Below, piece by piece: positions 1-9,804 of a stretch of 64,000 nucleotides of DNA; position 1 is the stretch's first letter, and every line of letters begins with the position of its first letter. The notes under the pieces were generated by a model. The model was not told where the DNA came from. It saw only the letters and a list, made by a program, of their open reading frames with translations, and searched no databases. This stretch comes from Clostridia bacterium. Lineage in GTDB: Bacteria > Bacillota > Clostridia > UMGS1840. The translations under genes and the position numbers were made by a program. The stretch spans positions 57,949-121,948 of the forward strand of contig JAGBEY010000002.1 in NCBI GenBank assembly GCA_017936745.1, given 5' to 3'.

Positions 1-290
1 TAAGAGCAACCCATTGCACCGCAAACCGTGAAAGCAAAGAATGCATTCAGCCCCATACCGGATGCCAGAGCCACCGGATAGTTTGCAAAAAATGCCATAC
101 AAATGGTAGCGATTGCTGCGGAAATTGCAGTTGCCATAAAGATAGCTGCCGGGGATGCACCCGGGATGTTGCCCAGATAGCTGGGGTTAACTGCCAGAAT
201 GTAAGCCATTGCCAGGAAAGTGGTAATCCCTGCAAGAATTTCAGTTCTGACAGAAGTGCCGTGTTCTTTCAATTTGAACAGTTTTTCCAT
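1..290 (-). CDS. NCS2/AzgA-family purine permease, N-terminal part (gene continues past the left edge)
   Basis: Not in the ORF track because no stop lies in the window. Minus-strand translation from ATG 290..288 gives MEKLFKLKEHGTSVRTEILAGITTFLAMAYILAVNPSYLGNIPG..., the typical N-terminus of PbuG/PbuO-type permeases. GGAGAGG Shine-Dalgarno at 299..305. Confidence 0.8.
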   Translation of the reverse strand, partial: MEKLFKLKEHGTSVRTEILAGITTFLAMAYILAVNPSYLGNIPGASPAAIFMATAISAAIATICMAFFANYPVALASGMGLNAFFAFTVCGAMGCS

Positions 291-329
291 TTTGAATTCC
301 TCTCCTTTTACAAGAAATATTTCAATAAT

Positions 330-358
330 ATTATACAAAAAACGACGATTTTTTTCAA
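330..358 (-). promoter_or_regulatory. sigma-A-type promoter for the permease gene
   Basis: Minus strand reads TTGAAA (358..353), 17-nt spacer, TATAAT (335..330), about 40 nt upstream of the start codon. Confidence 0.5.
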
Positions 359-440
359 TAGTTTACTGTGAATTCTTTACAAATTGTCACTTTTACCAAA
401 AAAATTCAATGGCAATTATTAAATTTACCAGTAGCTTGTT

Positions 441-986
441 TTAAAAAATCTCTTTTTGTGTTGCAATAAAGGATAATTTCACATCATACACATCAGGCAA
501 CACCGATTCCGTCAGCAATTCCTCACGGCATAGCCCAACCGTAATACCGCTGTAATCCGAAAGATAACGGTCATAATACCCTGCCCCGTATCCGATGCGA
601 TATTTTCTTTTGTCAAAGCCCAGACCGGGTACTATAATCAAATCAATCTGCTCTTTCGGATAAGAAACATCGGAAATCGGCTCAAAAATGCCGTATCTGC
701 CTTCCTGAAAGTCTCCGGAGCTATCCGCTTTTACGGCTATCATTTCCGTTTTGGAAATGCATTTGGGAAACAGACAAATTTTCCCTGCTTCCATACATTT
801 TTGCCATAAATAATCGGTTATCACTTCGCTTCTTGCCGAGCGGTAGAGCATAACGGAAACCGCCTCCCCAAAAAAGGGGGCATGGAGAATTTTCTCTGCA
901 ATTTTTCGGGATTCTGCTTCGTTATCCAGAAGAAGGTCTCGTTTTTTTTGTAACTGAATTCGCAATTCCTCTTTTGTCATAGTCAT
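441..986 (-). CDS. 5-formyltetrahydrofolate cyclo-ligase
   Basis: ORF 441..1121 trimmed to MTMTKEEL (ATG at 986, GAGG upstream). The protein has the family-typical C-terminus ...PGLGFDKRKYRIGYGAGYYDRYL. Confidence 0.8.
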   Translation of the reverse strand: MTMTKEELRIQLQKKRDLLLDNEAESRKIAEKILHAPFFGEAVSVMLYRSARSEVITDYLWQKCMEAGKICLFPKCISKTEMIAVKADSSGDFQEGRYGIFEPISDVSYPKEQIDLIIVPGLGFDKRKYRIGYGAGYYDRYLSDYSGITVGLCREELLTESVLPDVYDVKLSFIATQKEIF

Positions 987-1041
987 TTCCTCTGTATGAA
1001 AAAAGACGGGAAAAACCCGTCTTTTACTCAAGCTTATTTTC

Positions 1042-1182
1042 TTATTTCTGTTCGCATTTCTGGTTTGCAACGGTGCAGGAAGTCTTACAAGCGGACTGGC
1101 AAGAAGTCTGACATTCGCCACAACCTTTTTTTGCTAAGTTTTCTGCTAAATTTTTGGTGGTTAAGGTTTTAATCTGTTTCAT
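1042..1182 (-). CDS. scfA: six-cysteine ranthipeptide precursor SCIFF (46 aa)
   Basis: Below the ORF-track size cutoff, so translated by hand: MKQIKTLTTKNLAENLAKKGCGECQTSCQSACKTSCTVANQKCEQK. The GCGECQTSCQSACKTSC core matches the SCIFF family signature. AAGGA RBS upstream. The ATG overlaps the stop of the upstream gene (ATGA). Confidence 0.85.
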   Translation of the reverse strand: MKQIKTLTTKNLAENLAKKGCGECQTSCQSACKTSCTVANQKCEQK

Positions 1183-1589
1183 CGTCTTAAAATTCCTTTC
1201 TTACTTTTTGCTTTTGTTTTCTGATTGATTCCCACAATGCCTCCAAACACAGAAAGCACAAGCAGGATAATTGTATTCCAGATTTTAACCTGTGACTGCA
1301 TCAAAAGTGCCACAATCAAATAAACAACAACAAACAACACACCTGCCCAAAGCCCTTTTAAAAAGCCTTTTTGCTTTACACCCTTTGCAGCAAGATAGCC
1401 GCTGAGAAATGCTGCTATGTAGCAGAGAATGGCACTCACCCAGGGAATCGCTCCCTCCGGCAGTGAAAAAATATGGAACACAAACGCCGACAGAAGAACT
1501 CCGGCAAATAAAAACAACCAGCCGACTATAACAGCACCTAAAATTCGTTTACTCACCGAAGATACACCTTCTTTTTCGGGTTGATTCAT
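1179..1589 (-). CDS. small polytopic membrane protein (resembles the TIGR04086/YrzE-like family)
   Basis: ORF 1179..1625 trimmed to MNQPEKEG (ATG 1589) behind GAGGGAGGGA. It has three to four hydrophobic helices and a Lys-rich tail. Confidence 0.6.
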   Translation of the reverse strand: MNQPEKEGVSSVSKRILGAVIVGWLFLFAGVLLSAFVFHIFSLPEGAIPWVSAILCYIAAFLSGYLAAKGVKQKGFLKGLWAGVLFVVVYLIVALLMQSQVKIWNTIILLVLSVFGGIVGINQKTKAKSKKGILRR

Positions 1590-1646
1590 GTTTGTTCCCT
1601 CCCTCTGACAGTATGATACTATCATTATAGGAGGAAGCTCTCATTT

Positions 1647-1937
1647 TTATGCTTTTTCTTTTTGCATAACATCTTTAATTGCCCATTTGTGGAATACGAT
1701 TTTGGTGTTATCTGCACCTACTTCTAAGGTAATGGTAGTATCTTTAATCTGAGACACCTTACCCTCAATTCCCCCAATGGTGATAACGGTATCGCCTTTT
1801 TCCAAAGCGGCAACCATTGCTTTAAACTTTTTATCTTTCTTTTTCTGAGGCATAATAATCAGAAAATAGAATACCACAATCATAATAATCAGCGGTAAAA
1901 AAGAGCTGAGCATTGCTCCCATATCCTGAGCCGGCAT
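1647..1937 (-). CDS. yajC: preprotein translocase subunit YajC
   Basis: Single TM helix followed by PQKKKDKKFKAMVAALEKGDTVITIGGIEGKV, the YajC signature. Start moved to ATG 1937 behind AGGTGA. Confidence 0.85.
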   Translation of the reverse strand: MPAQDMGAMLSSFLPLIIMIVVFYFLIIMPQKKKDKKFKAMVAALEKGDTVITIGGIEGKVSQIKDTTITLEVGADNTKIVFHKWAIKDVMQKEKA

Positions 1938-2058
1938 TTGATTCACCTACTTTCTGTTTATAGCTTTGATTCTATCAGGAAACATTATACACTATTTCCC
2001 GAAACTTTTCAAGTGATTTTATGAAAATTCTTACATTTTTTAAATCACAATGGCAGAT

Positions 2059-3453
2059 TTAGTCTGCTTTATGCCATTTTACCCCCTCACGGGTATCTTC
2101 AATCACAATGCCCATTGCAAGAAGCTCTGCACGGATTTCATCAGCTCTTGCAAAATTTTTCTCTTTTTTCGCGGCGGTACGCTCCTGAATTTTTGCTTCA
2201 ACAAGTGCCACATCCACATCGGATTCTTCTTCCTGACGGGCAATATTTAAAACACCGGTCAGCTCTTTTAACACACTGTAGGCAGCATCCACATAGCCCT
2301 TAGTGGCATTTTCTTTGGTTTCGGTGTTTATGTCACGAACCAATTCAAAAATAATGCCGATAGCTTCCGCGGTATTCAAATCGTCATCCATAGCGTCAAT
2401 AAATTTCTGACGATATCCGTTCAGCGCTGCGGTCTGTTCCTCTGTTACTGCCGCGTCTGCCACTTTATCTTTTAAAAATTCCAGATTGTTAATGCAGGTA
2501 ACAATTCTGTTCAAGCCTGTTTTTGCCTGCTCTAAAAGGTCATCGGAGAAGTTGATGGGACTTCTGTAATGAGCGGAAAGCATAAAGAAACGCAGCACAT
2601 CATAAGGGAATTTTTCTGCCAAATCGCGAACAGTGAAGAAATTGCCCAAGGATTTTGACATCTTGCGGTTGTCAATATTGATATACCCGTTGTGCATCCA
2701 GTAATTAGCAAAAGGAACACCATTTGCCGCTTCGGACTGAGCGATTTCATTTTCATGATGCGGGAAAGATAAATCCTTACCGCCGCAATGAATATCAATG
2801 GTTTTTCCTAAATATTCATTGACCATGGCGCTACATTCGATATGCCAGCCGGGACGGCCTTCGCCCCAGGGACATTCCCATGCCGGTTCCCCCTCTTTTT
2901 TGGATTTCCAGATTGCAAAATCCATGGGGTCTTTTTTATCCTCATTCACATTGATACGTGCCCCAGCTTCCAAATCCTCCAAAGGCTGATGAGACAATTT
3001 CCCATAGGGCTTGAATTTTTTGGTTTCAAAATAAACATCTCCGTTTTTCTCATAGGCATAGCCCTTTTCAATGAGAGTTTCGCACATTTTGATAATCTGA
3101 GGAATCACATCGGTTGCTCTGGGATGAACATCCGCTTCTTTTACTCCCAAGCCCTTGGCATCGGTATAATATTCCTTGATAAAACGGTCAGCCAGCTCCC
3201 GAACGGTAATTCCCTCTTCGTTAGCACGTTTAATCATTTTATCGTCAATATCGGTGAAATTTTGCACAAATTTCACTTCGTAGCCACGATATTCAAAATA
3301 TCTTCTCAAAGTGTCAAAAATGATAAACGGACGAGCATTCCCCAAATGGAAATAGTTGTATACGGTAGGGCCGCAGGCGTAAATTTTAACTTTATTTTCC
3401 TCCAGCGGCTTAAATTCTTCTTTCTGCATGGTTAATGTATTAAAAATTTTCAT
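2059..3453 (-). CDS. cysS: cysteine--tRNA ligase
   Basis: 464 aa with a class I HIGH-type motif (HLGNARP), KMSKS, and CysRS-typical WHIECS. Confidence 0.95.
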   Translation of the reverse strand: MKIFNTLTMQKEEFKPLEENKVKIYACGPTVYNYFHLGNARPFIIFDTLRRYFEYRGYEVKFVQNFTDIDDKMIKRANEEGITVRELADRFIKEYYTDAKGLGVKEADVHPRATDVIPQIIKMCETLIEKGYAYEKNGDVYFETKKFKPYGKLSHQPLEDLEAGARINVNEDKKDPMDFAIWKSKKEGEPAWECPWGEGRPGWHIECSAMVNEYLGKTIDIHCGGKDLSFPHHENEIAQSEAANGVPFANYWMHNGYINIDNRKMSKSLGNFFTVRDLAEKFPYDVLRFFMLSAHYRSPINFSDDLLEQAKTGLNRIVTCINNLEFLKDKVADAAVTEEQTAALNGYRQKFIDAMDDDLNTAEAIGIIFELVRDINTETKENATKGYVDAAYSVLKELTGVLNIARQEEESDVDVALVEAKIQERTAAKKEKNFARADEIRAELLAMGIVIEDTREGVKWHKAD

Positions 3454-3456
3454 AGC

Positions 3457-4104
3457 TTACTCTCCTTTATTCATATTCTGTGCTGCCTCAATTTTTTCAA
3501 TGCGGGCAAGCATTCTGCAAAGCTCCTGAGATAAGGGGTCCGGAATGTGAGTCTGGTCCATCTGCCAATCGGTGGCAGAAACCTTTACATTATTCCGCAC
3601 CACAATTCTTGCCGGAACGCCCACACAAGTGCTGTTTTCCGGAACCTCCCGAAGCACCACCGCATTGGCAGCAATTTTGGAATTATCTCCAACGGTAAAG
3701 GGGCCAAGCACCTTTGCACCGCTTCCAATCATAACATTTTTTCCGATGGTGGGGTGACGCTTTCCGGTGTCCTTCCCTGTACCGCCTAAGGTTACATTCT
3801 GATAAATGGTACATCCGTCACCAACCTCAGCAGTTTCTCCAATCACGACTCCCATCCCATGGTCAATCATCACGCCGTGTCCGATTTTTGCACCCGGATG
3901 AATTTCAATGCCCGTAAACAGTCGCACCGTCTGAGAAATCCATCTTGCGATAAAGAACAACCGCCACTGATACAGCCGATGAGCTGCCCGATGCCAGAAC
4001 AGCGCATGAATGCCCGGACAAAGCAAAAACACCTCTATTACATTTTTAGCGGCAGGGTCTTTCTCCATCACCGCTCTGATATCTTCCCGAAGTCGCTTGA
4101 ACAA
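3457..4104 (-). CDS. cysE: serine O-acetyltransferase
   Basis: MFKRLREDIRAVMEKDPAA N-terminus plus hexapeptide-repeat C-terminal half. Sits 3 nt upstream of cysS. Confidence 0.9.
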   Translation of the reverse strand: MFKRLREDIRAVMEKDPAAKNVIEVFLLCPGIHALFWHRAAHRLYQWRLFFIARWISQTVRLFTGIEIHPGAKIGHGVMIDHGMGVVIGETAEVGDGCTIYQNVTLGGTGKDTGKRHPTIGKNVMIGSGAKVLGPFTVGDNSKIAANAVVLREVPENSTCVGVPARIVVRNNVKVSATDWQMDQTHIPDPLSQELCRMLARIEKIEAAQNMNKGE

Positions 4105-5512
4105 AGAGCTTCGCCCCCTTTTCGTAACATCTTGTTATGCCGTATGCCGCAACACACATCAAAAGTGCCAGAGCAGGATAAGAATACCGTTCCTGCACTT
4201 CGGCAATCAAATGCTGTGCCGTAAGCCCCAGCACAAATAATACAATAAAAAACACTCCCGTGTTATATGATTTTCTTTTGGGTACGCTTCCCATTAAAAC
4301 ACTCAGCAATAAAAACCAGTGGAATCCATTGGCAACGTTTTTGGTGTGAAAAACTGCATCCACCCGGGCAAACTCTCCGGAACGGTTCAAATAATCGCAG
4401 GGAAGCATTTCACTGCCCCATAGCACGGAAAATTTCTGCAAAAACAGCTCCAGATTTTTACGGATGCCGTTTTTTTGATATCGTAAAACCGCCTCCCTCT
4501 GCAAGGTTTGATGAAAGACATCAGGAGGAAGATTTTCCCTATAGATCAGCTCATTTGCGTGAGCATAATCCGTCGGATTCCACTTTCCCGAGTATTCATA
4601 GTTTGAGCCGATATAAAGATTGTATCCCACAGGTGCTTTTGCAATCTCCTGCCCGTTGACAAAAGAAATGCCGTGCCAAAGACTTTCCCACACAATGAGA
4701 TAACAAATAATAGTTGCAGAAACTGCGAAAAATCGCCGTTTTCCGCTAAGAAAGCATATACTGTATAACCCAAACACCAATAGCAACAAAAACCCCATAG
4801 GGCGAATGGCATTTCCCACGGCGGCAAGAACGCCGAACAACACCGCATACCGCATTTTTTGCTTCTTGGTATACAAAATTATAAGATACAAAAGTAACGA
4901 AAGGAGAAGCGTAAAGGGAATCTCTGTTGCGCTCAATTCGGAATAAAAAATAAACGCAGGAGAAATTCCGTATAAAAACGAAGTCAGAATCCCGACTCTG
5001 TTTCCAAAAAGCTCATTGCAAGACAGGTATAAAAGGTATGCCGTCAGCGTTTCTGCCAACACATTGAAAAGTTGTATAAAAATCGGATGTTCTCCAAATA
5101 GCCGGTACACCAGGCTAATCACCCAGGAAAACCCAACGGTATGAGGAAACACCGCTCCGTACTGAGAAAAAAGCGGTTGCCCGTTTGCTATCGCCGATGC
5201 CATCCCGTGATACAGCCGGAAGTCTGAAAAGGGTTCCAGCTTCATCACAAATACAAAAACAAGACGAAGCACAAAGCAAAGAACCAAACTAAGAAACAAG
5301 CCATAGCATTTTGTGGTAAACCAGCGGTAGAACAACAAAGAAGCACCGAAAAACAAGAGTGCATACACCGCCGTTACCGTCATAGAAACATTCCCATCGT
5401 GCAATGCTGCAATACCGCATACCACCAAGGATGCCACGGTGGCACAAAGGGAACCCATCAAAAAAACAAACTGAAAAAAAAGAGCAGACCGTTCTTGCAG
5501 CTTATTTTTCAA
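4046..5512 (-). CDS. polytopic membrane protein, probable GT39/ArnT-like glycosyltransferase
   Basis: 488 aa with more than 10 predicted TM helices and overall PMT_2-like architecture. Family assignment is tentative. The 3' end overlaps cysE by 59 nt. Confidence 0.55.
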   Translation of the reverse strand: MKNKLQERSALFFQFVFLMGSLCATVASLVVCGIAALHDGNVSMTVTAVYALLFFGASLLFYRWFTTKCYGLFLSLVLCFVLRLVFVFVMKLEPFSDFRLYHGMASAIANGQPLFSQYGAVFPHTVGFSWVISLVYRLFGEHPIFIQLFNVLAETLTAYLLYLSCNELFGNRVGILTSFLYGISPAFIFYSELSATEIPFTLLLSLLLYLIILYTKKQKMRYAVLFGVLAAVGNAIRPMGFLLLLVFGLYSICFLSGKRRFFAVSATIICYLIVWESLWHGISFVNGQEIAKAPVGYNLYIGSNYEYSGKWNPTDYAHANELIYRENLPPDVFHQTLQREAVLRYQKNGIRKNLELFLQKFSVLWGSEMLPCDYLNRSGEFARVDAVFHTKNVANGFHWFLLLSVLMGSVPKRKSYNTGVFFIVLFVLGLTAQHLIAEVQERYSYPALALLMCVAAYGITRCYEKGAKLFVQATSGRYQSGDGERPCR

Positions 5513-5623
5513 AAAATCATCATCCTTTTGATATCTCGTTATTCATTATATTGTATATGATAATTCCAAAAAAGTCAATCTTTTTGGAAGATGTTGCCTT
5601 GTTTTACGGGCAAAAACTTTAAT

Positions 5624-7672
5624 TTATAACTGACTCACATAAGAATGCCGGTCAAACATTTTTTTAACCCCCTGGGCAATCTGTTTGTTTTGGGGCAAGA
5701 TAAGCTCCGCATCCTCCAAAAGTATCGCTTCTGCCGCTTCTTTTGCAAGACGAACCGTTTCCATAGAGTAAGTCAGGTTAGAAAGCTTGGTGGAAGGAAG
5801 CCCGTGCTGACGAGTACCAAAAAATTCTCCCGGTCCCCGGTGCTTCAAATCAAACTCACTGATTTGAAAGCCGTCAGTGGTTTTTTCCATAATTTCCAAC
5901 CGCTTTCGTGCTTTTTGGTCGGCAAGGTTCAAAAAGCAGTAAGACTTTTTCTGCCCTCTGCCCACACGGCCACGAAGCTGATGGAGGCTTGCCAAACCAA
6001 ACCGTTCTGCATTTTCTATCACCATTACCGTGGCATTGGGAACGTTTACCCCAACCTCCACCACGGTAGTGGACACCAAAACATCGTAGTCACCTGTTAC
6101 AAAGCGATTCATCACATCATCTTTTTCGTCCGCTTTCATTTTTCCGTGTAACAGCCCAATTCGATAGTCTTTTAAGTAGGTTTTCTGTAGTTCCTCCTGC
6201 ACGCGGATGGCGTTTTCAGCATCCAGTGCATCACTTTCTTCAATAAGAGGACAAACCACAAATGCCTGATTTCCCTGCGACAGTTCTTTTGCCACAAATT
6301 CATACACCAGACCACGCTGATTTTCGTTTGCGATTTTTGTCTTGATGGGGATTCTTCCTTTCGGAAGCTCATCAATCACCGAAACGTCTAAATCTCCGTA
6401 GATAATCAATGCTAAAGTTCTGGGAATCGGTGTTGCCGTCATAACCAGACAATGGGGATTTTCTCCTTTTTCGGTAAGACGGGAACGGGCTTTTACCCCA
6501 AAACGATGTTGTTCATCGGTGATAACCAGCCCCAGCTTTTGAAACTCCACGGTATCGTAAATCAGGGCGTGTGTACCAATCACGAGAGAAATTTCTCCCG
6601 ATTGGAGTCCTGTCTGCACGGCCGTTTTTTCTTTCTTTTTCATAGAAGAAACCAGCAATTCCACTGATATTCCAAACTCGTCAAAATAAGGTTTTAATCC
6701 TTCATAATGCTGTCGGGCGAGTATCTCGGTGGGAGCCATCAGCACTGCCTGATAGCCGCTTTTGGCACAAATGAGCATTGCCATTGCAGCAACCATGGTT
6801 TTTCCGCTTCCTACATCTCCCTGCACGAGACGGTTCATCTGATACCCTTGTTTAAAATCATTGCAGATTTCACGGGTGACTCTCTTTTGTGCATCGGTTA
6901 AGGGAAAGGGTAGTTTGTCTGCAAATTCTTCTGCAATTTTATAGTTTACAAGCTTGGGGCCCGCCACTTTTTTCTGCTGTAACTTCAGTTTTCCCAACCC
7001 CAGCATCAAATAAAACAATTCCTCAAAGGCAAGTCGTTTTTTTGCCGCAGAAAGTTCCTGTTCTCCGGTGGGAAAATGGATATTCTGGAGGGCATAAAGC
7101 AGTTCACAGAGGTGATATTTTTTGCGGATATCCATGGAAAGGGTTTCTCCGATGTGTTCTTTCGCCACAGTCAATGCATCGGCAACCGCTTTTTGCACAA
7201 CTCCTTGCGTTAATCCCTTGGTCAGCGGATATTTCGGAATATAATTTTCTGAAAAATTGCCGCCCTTTGTAGATTTTTGAATAGAGGGATTTGTCATCTC
7301 AAAATAGCCGATACGGCGGCTGACTTTCCCGAACACCGTAATCTCTTGCCCTGCCTTTAAACTGTTGATTAAATATTTCTGATTGAAAAAGGTGAGCTTT
7401 AAACTCCCCGTTTCATCCTCTGCCATCACAGAAATCAAGGTAAGATTCTGCCGTACTCTACGGGAAGAAACCTCTAAAATCCGAACAGTAACCGTAGCGG
7501 TTTCCTCGTCTGAAAGCTCGGCAATATATTTCTGATTCATTCGGTTTTCGTAACTTTTCGGAAAAAAATAAAGCAAATCCCCAACCGAAAAAATGCCAAG
7601 CTTCTGAAAATACATCAGCCTGGCATTGGAAACTCCTGATAAATTGGAAATCGGCATCTGAAACAAATCCAT
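5624..7672 (-). CDS. recG: ATP-dependent DNA helicase RecG
   Basis: 682 aa with an OB wedge region, Walker A GDVGSGKT, DEQHRFGV, and the TRG-like C-terminus. Confidence 0.95.
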   Translation of the reverse strand: MDLFQMPISNLSGVSNARLMYFQKLGIFSVGDLLYFFPKSYENRMNQKYIAELSDEETATVTVRILEVSSRRVRQNLTLISVMAEDETGSLKLTFFNQKYLINSLKAGQEITVFGKVSRRIGYFEMTNPSIQKSTKGGNFSENYIPKYPLTKGLTQGVVQKAVADALTVAKEHIGETLSMDIRKKYHLCELLYALQNIHFPTGEQELSAAKKRLAFEELFYLMLGLGKLKLQQKKVAGPKLVNYKIAEEFADKLPFPLTDAQKRVTREICNDFKQGYQMNRLVQGDVGSGKTMVAAMAMLICAKSGYQAVLMAPTEILARQHYEGLKPYFDEFGISVELLVSSMKKKEKTAVQTGLQSGEISLVIGTHALIYDTVEFQKLGLVITDEQHRFGVKARSRLTEKGENPHCLVMTATPIPRTLALIIYGDLDVSVIDELPKGRIPIKTKIANENQRGLVYEFVAKELSQGNQAFVVCPLIEESDALDAENAIRVQEELQKTYLKDYRIGLLHGKMKADEKDDVMNRFVTGDYDVLVSTTVVEVGVNVPNATVMVIENAERFGLASLHQLRGRVGRGQKKSYCFLNLADQKARKRLEIMEKTTDGFQISEFDLKHRGPGEFFGTRQHGLPSTKLSNLTYSMETVRLAKEAAEAILLEDAELILPQNKQIAQGVKKMFDRHSYVSQL

Positions 7673-7725
7673 TGTGTCACCTTTTCCTACCTTGTTTCCC
7701 CTATTTTAAAATAAGCTTTCAAAGA

Positions 7726-9321
7726 TTATTCCAAAGATACGAAATAGTAGTATACCGGCTGGTCTCCACGATAGAAAGAAAAGTCGATATTTTTGTACTT
7801 TTTGGTCAGCATTTTTTCCAGTTCATCCATTTCTTCACCGTTGATATCTGCACCGGCATAAACAGTAACCATAGAAACGCTGTCATCATTCAATTTATCA
7901 ATCACTGCAGCACAAACCTTATTGGCATCCTTGCCCTTGGTCAGAATCGCACTGCCGCTTAAACCCATAATTTCGCCCTCTTTGATTTCGATACTATCAA
8001 ACACAGAATCTCTTACCGCATAGGTAATCTGTGCAGATTTCAAAGACGAAATAATATCTTTCATAGTGGCTAAGTTATCCTCAGGAGATGCTCCCTCATC
8101 AAAGCCTACCATACACGGCAATACATCCGACATATTCTTGGTGGGAATTACCACCATTTTACCATCGTAAAGCTCTGCCGCCTGCTCTGCCGCCAAAATG
8201 ATATTTTTATTGTTGGGGAACACATAAACCACATCGGCATTGGTGCGGTTTGCCGCATTTAAAATATCATCGGAGGACGGATTCATAGACTGGCCGCCGG
8301 ACACGATATGTTCAATTCCAAGCTCTTTATAGATATTGGAAAATCCTTCTCCTGCCGCAACAGCAACAAAGGAATAGGGCTGGCGTTCCTTGGGAATAAC
8401 ACTTTGAATCTTTTCATTCTGATATTTCATATTGTCAATTTTAATATCAATGAGGCTACCGATTTTCAGTGCTTCGGAAATCACAATCCCGGGGTCATTG
8501 GTGTGGATATGCACCTTGATGATATCCTCCATCGCAACCACAACGATGCTGTCACCTAAGCCCTCATAGCGCTTGGTCAGCTCATTCTTTTTCCGTTCGG
8601 GATTCTGAATAATAAACTCCGTACAATACTGGAAGGTTACATTTTCGTGATTGTCTACAAATACTTCCGCAGTTTTTTCTGCTTCAAAAACAGTTTCTTC
8701 CGGCATAACACCGGTTTTATAGTACTCTGCCATACCTTCAATGATATAGCAGATTCCCTTTCCGCCGGAGTCTACTACCCCTGCCTGCTTCAGCTTGGGC
8801 AGCATTTCAGGAGTCTGCGCCAATGCATCAAAAGCGGCTGTTACAGCTTCGGTAAAGAGCATATCCAAATCGGTAATTTCTTCCTGTTTTTCTTCCAGAT
8901 GCTCTGCAGTCATACGAATGACGGTAAGAATAGTTCCCTCAGTGGGCTTCATAATCGCTTCGTAAGCGGTTTTTGCTCCCAAACGGAATGCATTCACCAT
9001 ATCAGAGACATCCAGCTCGTCTTTTCCTTTTGCAGCTTTTGCCATACCACGTAAAATCTGAGACAAAATAACACCGGAGTTTCCTCTTGCACCACGAAGT
9101 GCCGCCATAGAAACCCCATCCAATACGCTGCCGGCAGATTCTTTTCTGCTGTGTGCAGCAGATGCCGCAGAAGTGAACGTCATAGACATATTGGTTCCGG
9201 TATCGCCATCCGGCACCGGAAATACATTCAATGCATTGAGTTCTTCCTTGTTGTTGCATAAATGGATTTTTGCTGCCTGAAGCATATTGGCAAGCAATTC
9301 TCCACCAATCAATTTATTCAT
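7726..9321 (-). CDS. DAK2 domain-containing protein (YloV family)
   Basis: 531 aa with N-terminal FPVPDGDTGTNM (DAK2 motif). Sits in the conserved asp23-yloV-recG context. Confidence 0.85.
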   Translation of the reverse strand: MNKLIGGELLANMLQAAKIHLCNNKEELNALNVFPVPDGDTGTNMSMTFTSAASAAHSRKESAGSVLDGVSMAALRGARGNSGVILSQILRGMAKAAKGKDELDVSDMVNAFRLGAKTAYEAIMKPTEGTILTVIRMTAEHLEEKQEEITDLDMLFTEAVTAAFDALAQTPEMLPKLKQAGVVDSGGKGICYIIEGMAEYYKTGVMPEETVFEAEKTAEVFVDNHENVTFQYCTEFIIQNPERKKNELTKRYEGLGDSIVVVAMEDIIKVHIHTNDPGIVISEALKIGSLIDIKIDNMKYQNEKIQSVIPKERQPYSFVAVAAGEGFSNIYKELGIEHIVSGGQSMNPSSDDILNAANRTNADVVYVFPNNKNIILAAEQAAELYDGKMVVIPTKNMSDVLPCMVGFDEGASPEDNLATMKDIISSLKSAQITYAVRDSVFDSIEIKEGEIMGLSGSAILTKGKDANKVCAAVIDKLNDDSVSMVTVYAGADINGEEMDELEKMLTKKYKNIDFSFYRGDQPVYYYFVSLE

Positions 9322-9359
9322 GAAATGTTTCTCCTCTTTAAAAAAGTTGATACCGGCTG

Positions 9360-9716
9360 TTATTTGTTAACCACGATATCGTCAACACAAACGGTAACAT
9401 TCTTTACTTTGGTCTGTGTCATTGTTTCCACAGCATAAGTGATATCGGTTTTTACATTTTCACACAGTGCTTTGATGTTCACACCATAGCTGACTTTAAT
9501 GTGAATTTCGATGCTCACCGCACCGTCACGGCAAGAGACCTTAATTCCTTTTCTTAAGCTTTCTCCGCCGAATACTCGTTTTAATACTTCTGCTTTGCTT
9601 TTTTCACACATACCAACCACGCCATAGCAATGAGTTGCCGCATAGCCGGCAATTTCCTCAATGGCTTTCTCGGTAATTGTAATATCGCCTACGTCTGTTA
9701 ATTTTTTTAACGGCAT
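9360..9716 (-). CDS. Asp23/Gls24-family envelope stress protein (YloU-like)
   Basis: ORF 9360..9935 trimmed to MPLKKLTDVGDITITEKAIEEIAG (ATG 9716), an Asp23-type sequence. The upstream part of the listed ORF overlaps the ABC ATPase gene and is unlikely to be real. Confidence 0.8.
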   Translation of the reverse strand: MPLKKLTDVGDITITEKAIEEIAGYAATHCYGVVGMCEKSKAEVLKRVFGGESLRKGIKVSCRDGAVSIEIHIKVSYGVNIKALCENVKTDITYAVETMTQTKVKNVTVCVDDIVVNK

Positions 9717-9804
9717 AATTTTACCATCCTTTCTGTCACATTTTTTTATCGAACAACTTCTCCCTGCTTTCTTGGTGCAGGCATCAGTTACAGAATATGC
9801 AAAT

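Noticed and set aside
291-440. Expected purine riboswitch upstream of the NCS2 purine permease.
   Set aside because: I read the minus-strand leader and found only a promoter and a 40-nt UTR. There is no UAUAAUCGCGUGGAUAUGGCACGC-like aptamer core.
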